NCBI GenBank assembly: GCA_023132255.1
Contig: JAGLYK010000011.1
Location: 5,847-69,846 of the forward strand
Reading direction: 5' to 3'
From: Candidatus Pacearchaeota archaeon
GTDB taxonomy: Archaea > Nanobdellota > Nanobdellia > Pacearchaeales > GW2011-AR1
DNA length: 64,000 nt
Positions 1 through 8,561 of this stretch are shown in pieces. The notes beneath the pieces are model-generated. The model searched no databases. It was not told the origin of the DNA and was given only the letters and a program-made list of their open reading frames with translations. Position 1 is the first letter of the stretch; each line of letters opens with the position of its first letter. Position numbers and translations under genes: made by a program.

Positions 1-3000
1 GTTGCACTGTATGAGAAGATAAAACTTGCTGAGGAAGTTGAGCAGAAGGCAAGTGCTGCTGTTTTTTGCGAGGAGTTTAAGCAGAGATATCCTGAGTCAG
101 GTTATTTGAGCAAGGTGGAAGATATTTGTGATGAGTATGCTCTTGCAAATTCAGAAAGTGCAAGTTGGAATATTTTAGTGAATGGTGTTGCGAATAGTAT
201 CAGATTTGAGGGAGTTTATGAGCCAAGTGAAAAAGAGTATAGTGCAGAAGTTAGTATTGGTGATAAAGATTATGTTTTGACAAAGAATGAGATTGTTGAG
301 CCAGAAGATGAATCCTCAAAGGATGACTCTGGTGAGCCTGAGTTTTTTGTTCAGTTGATTTCTCTTAACGATGATTATGCAAAGGTGCAAGTGAATTATA
401 AAGACGAGGATGGGAAGCCGCGTTATAAGATATTTAAGTTGAAGGAAGATGTTGTGGAGAGTTTTTGGGAGGATAATAAGATTGTTTTGACAGAGATTAA
501 TTTGAAAAAGCAGGCGAAGGTTAGTGTGATTCCGAGTATTGATAATGTCGGGACAGAGGCGGATTTTACATTTAAGATTGGAATTGAGAAAAGGGCCATA
601 CAGCTTTCTCCTGAAAAGACTATGGAGAAGATTAAGAATTTGAATGAGACAATTGAGAAATGGGAGAAGATTTCTGATAATTTAGGGAATGTTGTGAAGG
701 GCATGAAGGTTGCTTGTCTTGGAACAAGTGCCTATTTAACTGTCAAGAATTTGTTTTCAGGATTTAGTGGGAAAGCAGCTGCAAGGCATGAGGTTACTGG
801 ATGGTATAGGGATAAATGTAAAGCAGAGGGAGTAGAAGGGACAAAGGAGATGCAAAAATGTTTGCTGGGTTATAATGATAAAATAAATGAGGGTGTTGAA
901 GCACTTGCTGAAGTGAATACTAATCGTGAAAGATTAAATGATAAAATTTCTTATAAAGATGGGAAGTTAGAAAATGCAGATGAGTTTTTGAAGAATTTGC
1001 CAAAGAGTTTTCAAAGTGAAGATGGAAAAATTGATATTAGCAAGGAGGAGATGGAGGCGATAAAGAAAAATCTTGGGACACAGGATTATAACCAATATGT
1101 AAAAGATCTTAATTATTATTGGGATATGAAAAGTAAAAAAGGAATTTTTGATGATAAGGCGGATAAAAACATAGAAGAAATTTGGAAGAGGTTGGATAAA
1201 GATTATCAGTTAAATAATGTTGGTAAAAGTCTTTATAGTGAACTTGAATGGGATGCTCAAGATGTTACTGTTGGTGCGAGTAAAGATGTGAAAGAGTTTG
1301 GAGTTTCTAATTTTAGAACTGTTGCAGAAGCTAAGAATAAATTTAGTGGGATAGATGGTAAATATGATAAGTATTATGTTCGTCCTTATGTTGATGATAT
1401 TGGAGGAAAGAGTTATTTATTAATAGTTGATAAAAATGGAATTGTTCAAAAAACTTATGAGTATGGTAATAAAGATTCTGATGGAAAAATTTCTTTAACT
1501 GATACAGGTCAAACAAATAAATTTAAAGTTAGGTTTAAACTTTTTGACAAAACTTCATACAATAATAAATATGAAGAACCAAAAGTGATTTATTATGAAA
1601 TTGGGGCAGATAAGGGCAGACCTGCGATTGTGCCTGTTGATGTGGACAAGGGTTTTTATGCTGCGACAACTTCTGGTTCAAGTGGTATGAGTTCTTATGA
1701 TGCTTCTGGGATGCCGTCGTATTTTTATCTTTGCAATGTTATGGAAAATGGAAAGCAGGAGTTTAATCAGGGAAGGGATGATGAGTGTGTTGGTGTGAGG
1801 GTTGGTTCTAACAAGGCAGATGGTGCTTTGACAGGACTTAGTGAGGAAAAAACAAATGAATGGGCAAGAAAATCAATTAGTGCTTTAAGAGATGCATCAA
1901 GAGAATATGGAGCAGGAGTTAGGAAAGTTACTATTAGGGGTAAGAAAATCCTTGTTGGGAATCCTGCGATGAGTCTTCCCGGGACCCAGTGTGAGGATTT
2001 TATGTCTCCTGAAGATTGCGCTTTGATGTTTAATGTCTGCGACCCTGTTGTGTGTCCTGAAAGCAGATGTGATTTTGGAGGCAGGTATAGAGTCAGCAAT
2101 GTTGTTCAGTCAGGAATAATTGGAGGTGTGTTGCTGTGTTTGCCGAACTTTGGAAGCCCTGCTGAAGGAGGTGTTGTAATCCCGGTTTGCCTTACTGGTA
2201 TTCACGCAGGAATTGATAGTTTGGTTTCTATTTATAAAAATTACGGGGATTGTTTGCAGCACAGCCTGGATACAGGAGAGACAGTTGCGATTTGCGACGA
2301 GATTCATAGTATTTACTTGTGCGAGTTTTTCTGGAAGCAGGCAATTCCGTTTATGGACCTTATTATCCCAAAAACAATTGAATTTATTTTAACAAGAGGC
2401 GGGGGAGAGTATCTGAATGTTCAGGCAGCCTGGGCAAATGCAGGGAAGTCTGTTGATTATATGACTAATTATTATGGGGCTAATGCTTATGCAGCGTTTA
2501 AGGTGCGTTCAACAGACGAGGTTGGAACTGCTTTTTGCAAGAATTTTATTTCAGCAAGGTATCCTGCAAGCGGGGATTTTTTTGATGCATTGATTGAGCC
2601 TGACTCGCCTTCGCAGTATCATGGGTGGTTCCATGAGACAACTTTCACAACAGCGACGGTTCCGCCGACATCGCAGTACAAAGTGTTCTACCACATTTAT
2701 GCAGGAAAGGACGCTGGTGTTTATTACAGTGTTTATTTAAAGAGTCCAGAGGGGAGTTCTTTTTACACAGATGCCTCGCAAGTAAGTGTTGCTTCTGGTT
2801 ATATTGAGAAAGGGGGATATGCATCTGAGACCAAGGATTTCATAGATGTTTCAGGTTATCAGGAAATGTGCATTAATGTTCAGGGGCAGGAACAGTGCGG
2901 GTTTAAGGATGTGTCAACTTCTTTTGCTTTGGATTATCTGAATAAGAAGTATGTGAAAGACCAGGCAAAGAGGACAGATATTAAGTCAGAGAAAGAGTGC

Positions 3001-4335
3001 ATTTCCGGAAGTGCGAGTGTGTATAGCATGCTGACGCCGAATGTTCAGGCAGGCACTGAGAGAGTGATTGAGCCGAAGATTTATGACCAGGGAATTGTTC
3101 GGGTTTGTGCGACAAGCAATCCTGGTGAAGCCACAGACAAGACAAGGTGGGCTGAGGTAGGGACTTGCGGGGGAAATATAAAATGCTGGCTTGACACAGA
3201 TAGTGTGAAAGATGCTGTTGTGTTTGATGAAAGTCTGAAAGGTTTGGAAAAAGTAACAGAAGATGCTCTTGAGAAATTAAGGAGAGAAGGAGATTATCTG
3301 AGTGCTGCTGAATTTGATAATTTAATTGATGATATTAAAAAGGCTGATAATGAAAAGAAGATAATTTTGATTAATGACGCTCTTAATGAAAAGAGTGAGA
3401 AGAAAGTTTTCTTTGATAGAGAAAAAGTACAGTTGTTGTTTTTGAAAGCAAAGGCATATGCTGGTTTGGTTTTGGCAGAGATTATGGGGGAGAAAGGTGT
3501 GGAGAGTGAGAAGCCTAAGATACAGGGGGATGTGGATGAAAAGGAAGATGAGGAGGAAGGGGATGATGTGAAAAAAGAAAGTGAAAAGACCTGTGGAGAT
3601 TGTAAGCCAGAATTTGGTTTTTTTTGTGATGAAGAAGAATGTGAAGAATTTGGAGTGGAGATAGGTAAGGAATGTCATAAGGAGTTAATAATAAAATGTG
3701 TTGAGAAAGAAGTGGAAGAAGATGAAGAAAAAACTTTTAGTGAACTTGAGAAAGTTGAAATAGAAGATAGAGAAGATAAAACTTATGATTTTAAAAATGA
3801 TAGAACTAAAGTAAATATAATTAAAATTATGAATAAAGCAAAAACTGAAAGTTTTGGAGATAGGCTTTGTAATTGTGAGAATGATTCTGGTTCTTATGCT
3901 GATTTGGTTATTAAGGCTTCTCAGAAATACAATATTCCCGATCCTCTTTTATTGCTTTCAGTGATGATGCAGGAATCAAGTTGTGAAGCAGAGGCAGAAC
4001 TTGGGAGTTCTATTGGGTTAATGGGGATTTCTTCTTGGGAAATGTGTGAGGATGAATTAAGTTTGGGTAGTAATGAGGATGTTAAGGGAAAAAGAAATGT
4101 TGCTAATAATATAAATTGCGGGGCGTTTGTTTTAAAACAGAAACATAAAGAGAAAGGAACTTTTTATTCTGCAGGCAGTGACCAGAAATATAATAGTTGT
4201 TCTAGAAATTATAATACAATTTATTATAATTGGGAAGCTGCATTAAGAGGTTATAATGGTTGGGGATGTGGAAATGATGATTATGTTGAAGAGGTTATGC
4301 AAAGATTTGAGGAGTTGAGTAAAAGTTTAGATTAA
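1..4335 (+). CDS. Giant Cys-rich surface/secreted protein with C-terminal lytic transglycosylase (SLT-like) domain; 5'-partial (frame is open from base 1)
   Basis: C-terminus has SLT motifs: ASQKYNIPDPLLLLSVMMQESS (catalytic Glu), IGLMGI, NINCGAFVL, AALRGYNG. There is no stop between base 1 and the listed start at 106. Confidence 0.75.
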   Translation, partial: VALYEKIKLAEEVEQKASAAVFCEEFKQRYPESGYLSKVEDICDEYALANSESASWNILVNGVANSIRFEGVYEPSEKEYSAEVSIGDKDYVLTKNEIVEPEDESSKDDSGEPEFFVQLISLNDDYAKVQVNYKDEDGKPRYKIFKLKEDVVESFWEDNKIVLTEINLKKQAKVSVIPSIDNVGTEADFTFKIGIEKRAIQLSPEKTMEKIKNLNETIEKWEKISDNLGNVVKGMKVACLGTSAYLTVKNLFSGFSGKAAARHEVTGWYRDKCKAEGVEGTKEMQKCLLGYNDKINEGVEALAEVNTNRERLNDKISYKDGKLENADEFLKNLPKSFQSEDGKIDISKEEMEAIKKNLGTQDYNQYVKDLNYYWDMKSKKGIFDDKADKNIEEIWKRLDKDYQLNNVGKSLYSELEWDAQDVTVGASKDVKEFGVSNFRTVAEAKNKFSGIDGKYDKYYVRPYVDDIGGKSYLLIVDKNGIVQKTYEYGNKDSDGKISLTDTGQTNKFKVRFKLFDKTSYNNKYEEPKVIYYEIGADKGRPAIVPVDVDKGFYAATTSGSSGMSSYDASGMPSYFYLCNVMENGKQEFNQGRDDECVGVRVGSNKADGALTGLSEEKTNEWARKSISALRDASREYGAGVRKVTIRGKKILVGNPAMSLPGTQCEDFMSPEDCALMFNVCDPVVCPESRCDFGGRYRVSNVVQSGIIGGVLLCLPNFGSPAEGGVVIPVCLTGIHAGIDSLVSIYKNYGDCLQHSLDTGETVAICDEIHSIYLCEFFWKQAIPFMDLIIPKTIEFILTRGGGEYLNVQAAWANAGKSVDYMTNYYGANAYAAFKVRSTDEVGTAFCKNFISARYPASGDFFDALIEPDSPSQYHGWFHETTFTTATVPPTSQYKVFYHIYAGKDAGVYYSVYLKSPEGSSFYTDASQVSVASGYIEKGGYASETKDFIDVSGYQEMCINVQGQEQCGFKDVSTSFALDYLNKKYVKDQAKRTDIKSEKECISGSASVYSMLTPNVQAGTERVIEPKIYDQGIVRVCATSNPGEATDKTRWAEVGTCGGNIKCWLDTDSVKDAVVFDESLKGLEKVTEDALEKLRREGDYLSAAEFDNLIDDIKKADNEKKIILINDALNEKSEKKVFFDREKVQLLFLKAKAYAGLVLAEIMGEKGVESEKPKIQGDVDEKEDEEEGDDVKKESEKTCGDCKPEFGFFCDEEECEEFGVEIGKECHKELIIKCVEKEVEEDEEKTFSELEKVEIEDREDKTYDFKNDRTKVNIIKIMNKAKTESFGDRLCNCENDSGSYADLVIKASQKYNIPDPLLLLSVMMQESSCEAEAELGSSIGLMGISSWEMCEDELSLGSNEDVKGKRNVANNINCGAFVLKQKHKEKGTFYSAGSDQKYNSCSRNYNTIYYNWEAALRGYNGWGCGNDDYVEEVMQRFEELSKSLD

Positions 4336-4359
4336 TCTAATTCTAAAGATTTAGAAAAA

Positions 4360-4481
4360 TGCGGAGAACAGGATTCGAACCCATGTAGGCACTAAGCCAC
4401 CAGGTCCTAAGCTTGGCCTTCTATTAAAAATTAAATTTATCTAATAAAATCTGGCCCGTTTGACCACTCCGGCATCTCCGC
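4360..4481 (-). tRNA. tRNA-Leu(TAG) with 38-nt non-canonical intron at position 30/31 (4413-4450)
   Basis: Minus strand reads GCGGAGATGCCGGAGTGGTCAAACGGGCCAG|intron|GCTTAGGACCTGG...GGTTCGAATCCTGTTCTCCGCA, with a long variable arm. BHB: central helix GGCC/GGCC, bulges AG|A and AA|G, intron stem TTTTATTA/TAATAGAA. Confidence 0.92.
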
Positions 4482-5137
4482 ATGAGAATTTTAAGATTTT
4501 CAGCTTTAAAAGATATTCCATAGTATTCTTTATTATATTTTTTATATATCCATGTATCTTTTAAAACATTTATTCCAATTTCCCTGAATAATTTAATTAA
4601 GTCTTTCCATAATTGTTTACTTGCTGTTGAAAGCCCGACTTGTCTTCTTCTCCTTCCTCCGTCGGTTATCATTATCCCTATAAGAAAGGCAGATTTGATT
4701 GATTTATTTGAATTGAAAATATGCTTTGATATTTTAACTAGGTGGCTTTTTTTACCAATAGGAATTTCATAAACATGAGCTAATAAATTGTGAATTGCTT
4801 TGCTATCCATACACATAGAATAAGATTGGGCTTTTCTTTCTCTTTCTTTAACTTTATGAATATTAAATTCTCTTTTGAATAAATCAGAACAAATCTTTTT
4901 TATATCGTTCATAATCAGTTCATTTGACATTTCTATTTTAACTTGAAATTTACTTTTTTTAAGATGGCCATCTCCAATAATCGCCGCGATAAAAAAAGCC
5001 ATTTCTTCATTGAGATGTAATGGAATCTTAGTTATTTTTGATGGTCCGAATTTAGCTTTAACAAAAATTTCTTTTTTATTTTTATTAATTATTTTTAGTT
5101 TTTTTTGTGATTCTAAAATTTTCTGTTGTAAGTTCAT
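4424..5137 (-). CDS. Double-motif LAGLIDADG homing endonuclease-like protein overlapping tRNA-Leu
   Basis: Motifs AFFIAAIIGDGHL and AFLIGIMITDGG. The last 19 codons lie within the tRNA 5' exon and intron. Confidence 0.85.
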   Translation of the reverse strand: MNLQQKILESQKKLKIINKNKKEIFVKAKFGPSKITKIPLHLNEEMAFFIAAIIGDGHLKKSKFQVKIEMSNELIMNDIKKICSDLFKREFNIHKVKERERKAQSYSMCMDSKAIHNLLAHVYEIPIGKKSHLVKISKHIFNSNKSIKSAFLIGIMITDGGRRRRQVGLSTASKQLWKDLIKLFREIGINVLKDTWIYKKYNKEYYGISFKAENLKILMRRCRSGQTGQILLDKFNF

Positions 5138-5227
5138 GATTAGTTTAATTACTTCTTGTTAATAAATGTTTCGTTGCCTGCCCCATTCTACTATGTAATG
5201 GGATTAATAATATTAAAATCTTTAGAA

Positions 5228-6151
5228 TTATTTCTTTTTTGCTTCTGCTTCTTTTTGCTTGATTTTTTCTTCCAAGTCAAGTTTTTCAATTAGTTCTTTG
5301 TAGCGATTTCTGATTGTAACTTCTGTTATTCCTGCAATGTCTGCGACTTCTCTCTGGGTTTTTTTCTCGTCGTTTATTAATGCTGCGACATAAAGTGCTG
5401 CTGCGGCAATTCCTGCAGGACCTCTTCCTGAAGTTAGTTCAACTTCTTCTGCTTTCTTTAGAACTTTCAGGGCATCGTTTTGAGTTTTTGGAGAAAGTTT
5501 CAAGACAGATGAGAATCTTGAAATGTAATCTTTTGGAGAGCTTTGCTTTACCCTGATTCCAAGTTTTCTGATGATAAATCTGTAAGTTCTTCCTATTTCT
5601 TTTCTTTCAACATCTGATGCAGTTGTCATTTCGTCGAGGGTTCTTGGGATGTTGTATGAACGGCATGCAGCATAAAGACAGGCAGCGATTACAGATTCCA
5701 TGCTTCTTCCTCTGACAAGCCCTCTTTGGAGAACGTAGTTGTAAATTCTTGAGGCTTCGTCTCGGACAACGTTTGGCAGATTTAGATAAGATGCGGTGAC
5801 TCTTAATTCTGCCATAGCTAATCTTAAATTTCTTTCAATGCTTGTAGAAACTCTTTCCTGCCATTTTTTTAATCTCAGGAATTTTCTTGTTTGTTTTGGC
5901 TCTAATCTGTAGATGTCTGAAATTTCTCCGACATTTGTTGTCAAACCTTTGTCAAACTTTTGCATGCTCATTGGAGCACCGCTTCTGCCTTTTTTTTCAC
6001 CCTTGTCAAATTTTCCCTGAAGGTCTATTCCGGTATCCACCATTTTTTCCTCGACAACAAGACCACAATCATTACAGATTACTTCTCCAAGGTGCGCGTC
6101 GTGAGTGAGATGTATGCTTCCGCATTCAGGACATTTTCTTATTCCAGCCAT
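5228..6151 (-). CDS. tfb: Transcription initiation factor IIB
   Basis: Zn ribbon CPECG...CNDCG, cyclin repeats (RGRSMESVIAACLY, GRGPAGIAAAALY), TEVTIRNRYKEL. Confidence 0.98.
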   Translation of the reverse strand: MAGIRKCPECGSIHLTHDAHLGEVICNDCGLVVEEKMVDTGIDLQGKFDKGEKKGRSGAPMSMQKFDKGLTTNVGEISDIYRLEPKQTRKFLRLKKWQERVSTSIERNLRLAMAELRVTASYLNLPNVVRDEASRIYNYVLQRGLVRGRSMESVIAACLYAACRSYNIPRTLDEMTTASDVERKEIGRTYRFIIRKLGIRVKQSSPKDYISRFSSVLKLSPKTQNDALKVLKKAEEVELTSGRGPAGIAAAALYVAALINDEKKTQREVADIAGITEVTIRNRYKELIEKLDLEEKIKQKEAEAKKK

Positions 6152-6254
6152 TTTATCGTCGTAAAATTATGTTTTATTAGCTTTTATAAAGCTTTTGGCT
6201 ATATAAAGCTTTTGGTTTTTATTGTCTTGCGTGAGAAGTAAAAATTTTTTGGGA

Positions 6255-6611
6255 TTATTCAACTAAAATACCATTAACAACACCTTCCTGACTTGGACGG
6301 CTTGTTATCTTGACTTTTCCAAGTTCTGTTTCAACAATTGTGCCTTTTGTTAAAATATTTTGTCTTGCGAGAAATCGGTTTGAAGGTGTTTCAAGAACAT
6401 TTTTTATTTCCAGTTTTTTCTTTTGTGGAATGTTCACAAATTTTGCTTTGAGCAAGAATGTTTTTTTGTTCCCGCCAGTTGTTCTTTTTGTTTTTCTTTT
6501 TTCTTCGCCAATCTTCACAACTCTTTTTTGCCCGGCTGCTTCATAAGATTTCTTCTTTCTTTTTTTGATGTATTTTCCGCCTGAAATTTTTCTTCCTTTA
6601 TTTGTTGACAT
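6255..6611 (-). CDS. rps8e: 30S ribosomal protein S8e
   Basis: GRKISGG, RTTGGNKK, NILTKGTIVETELG, TSRPSQEG; start moved to MSTNKG. Confidence 0.95.
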   Translation of the reverse strand: MSTNKGRKISGGKYIKKRKKKSYEAAGQKRVVKIGEEKRKTKRTTGGNKKTFLLKAKFVNIPQKKKLEIKNVLETPSNRFLARQNILTKGTIVETELGKVKITSRPSQEGVVNGILVE

Positions 6612-6685
6612 ATTTAGAAAGAATAAAATTGATTTAAATAAGTTTCGTTGCAAAAGTTTAAAAACAAAATTATGTAGATTTAGTT

Positions 6686-6934
6686 ATGGTTAATGGAATT
6701 GAAAGACCACTTGATTTGTTGAACAACTCAAAGGGAAAAGAAGTTTTGGTGCATTTGAAGGGCGACAAGCAGTTTGTAGGAACTTTGCTGGCTTTTGACA
6801 TACACATAAACCTTGTGCTGGACAACATAAAAGAAATGCAGAACAACGAGATAAAAAGAAACCTTGGATTGACTTTTCTACGAGGCGATACAATTATCTT
6901 TATTTCTCCAGCGTCGACTGCGTTGAAAAAATAG
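6686..6934 (+). CDS. Sm/Lsm-like archaeal protein
   Basis: RPLDLL...GTLLAFDIHINLVL...LRGDTIIFISP (Sm1/Sm2 motifs). Confidence 0.95.
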   Translation: MVNGIERPLDLLNNSKGKEVLVHLKGDKQFVGTLLAFDIHINLVLDNIKEMQNNEIKRNLGLTFLRGDTIIFISPASTALKK

Positions 6935-7031
6935 CATTGCCTTTGATTTTAGAACTGGCTCAGTTGTTTTTATTAGCTGGTGCTTTGAATAATAAAGAAG
7001 TTTTATAAATTAGGATTTCTATTTTAAAATT

Positions 7032-7445
7032 ATGAAAGTTCTTTTTGTCTGTAAATCAAATGTTGGTAGAAGCCAGATAGCTGAAGCTTTTTTTAATAAA
7101 TTTTCAAAAAATTATAAAGCAATTAGTGCAGGAGTTGATGCTAATGTTCATGCAGGAAGGCAAATTAAAGAATTATCTCAAAAAACTCCTCAATGTATGC
7201 TTAAAGAAAAAATTGATATTTCGAAAAAGTTTTCAAAGCAATTAACAAGTGAATTAATTAATCAATCTGATTTGGTTGTTTGGATTGCTCCTGAAGAAAA
7301 AATTCCAAAATATTTAGATAAACATAAATTGGTTCTTTGGAAAATTAAAGATGCTGGAGGAACTTCTTATCAAAATCATTGTGAAGTAAGAGATAAATTA
7401 AAGAAGTTGGTTCTTGGTTTAGTTAAGGAGCTGGATAATTCATAA
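7032..7445 (+). CDS. Low-molecular-weight protein tyrosine phosphatase / arsenate reductase family
   Basis: VLFVCKSNVGRSQIAEA P-loop (CX5R). Confidence 0.9.
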   Translation: MKVLFVCKSNVGRSQIAEAFFNKFSKNYKAISAGVDANVHAGRQIKELSQKTPQCMLKEKIDISKKFSKQLTSELINQSDLVVWIAPEEKIPKYLDKHKLVLWKIKDAGGTSYQNHCEVRDKLKKLVLGLVKELDNS

Positions 7446-7476
7446 ATTATATAAACAAATTTTTCTTCTTGTTTCC

Positions 7477-8415
7477 ATGACATCAAAAATAAAATTAGTT
7501 TTTTTAGGAACTTCTGCGCAGATTCCAACAGTGAAGAGGAATCACCCAGCCATGGTTTTGACTTATGGAGGAGAGAATATTTTAATTGATTGTGGAGAGG
7601 GGACCCAGAGGCAGTTTAGAAAAGCGAGAATGAATCCATGCAAAGTTGATAGAATTTTGATTACGCACAGGCATGGAGACCATGTTTTTGGATTGCCTGG
7701 TTTAATTTCAACTTTTGATTTGAGTGGATATAATAAAACACTTTACATTTATGGTCCAAAAGGAATAAAAAGATTTTTGGAAAATTTTTTGGGTTTGAAT
7801 TATGTTGAGCGGGATTTTGAAATAAAAATTGAAGAGGTGGTCCCTAAAGGGATGACCTCCAATGCAAAAGGTGGAGGCCTCAAATTTTTTGAGACAGATG
7901 ATTTTTATTTAGAAGCAGAGAAAATGGAGCATAGTGTTCCCACAAATGCTTATTGTTTTGTGAAAAAAGGACAGAGAAGAATTGACAGGGCAAAGTTGAA
8001 AAAATCCAAACTGCCTTCTGGACCTATTTTAAAAAAGTTAAAGCAAGGTAAAGATATTGTTTATGAAGGAAAAAAATATCTGGCGAAGAATATGACTTAT
8101 ACAGAAGACGATAAAAAAGTTTCTTTTGTTTTGGATACTTTAAATAATAAGAAAATTGTGGCTTTTGTCAAGGATTCTGATTTGTTAGTTTGTGAGGCGA
8201 GTTTTGATGAAGGGTTGAAGGATATGGCGAAAGAGCGTTTGCATTTGACAGCAAAGCAGGCAGGAGAAATTGCAAAGAAGTCAAAATCTAAGAAATTAAT
8301 TTTGACGCATATTAGCCAGAGATATGAAAAAGACTTGAAGAAACTTTTGAGCGAGGCAAAAAAAGTTTTTAAGGAAACCTCTATTGCAGAGGATTTTGAT
8401 AAGGTTGAGGTTTGA
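7477..8415 (+). CDS. rnz: Ribonuclease Z (contains in-frame twin-hairpin insertion)
   Basis: FLGTSAQIPT, DCGEGTQRQ, THRHGDH, HLTA, LTHISQRY. Confidence 0.96.
   Translation: MTSKIKLVFLGTSAQIPTVKRNHPAMVLTYGGENILIDCGEGTQRQFRKARMNPCKVDRILITHRHGDHVFGLPGLISTFDLSGYNKTLYIYGPKGIKRFLENFLGLNYVERDFEIKIEEVVPKGMTSNAKGGGLKFFETDDFYLEAEKMEHSVPTNAYCFVKKGQRRIDRAKLKKSKLPSGPILKKLKQGKDIVYEGKKYLAKNMTYTEDDKKVSFVLDTLNNKKIVAFVKDSDLLVCEASFDEGLKDMAKERLHLTAKQAGEIAKKSKSKKLILTHISQRYEKDLKKLLSEAKKVFKETSIAEDFDKVEV
7840..7879 (+). repeat. Twin-hairpin module, in frame in rnz
   Basis: GTCCC-TAAA-GGGAT-GA-CCTCCA-(10)-TGGAGG-CC; encodes VPKGMTSNAKGGGL. Confidence 0.8.
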
Positions 8416-8561
8416 TTAATCTATTAAATTTTCTTCTGAGCTGAAAATTGTATTATTATTTCCACACAGATAATAATATTTATTAGTGTCGATAAGAAAT
8501 TCAGAGAGGTTATTATTAGTTTTATGTAATCTATTTAAGGTTTAATCTTTTTTTAATGTGT

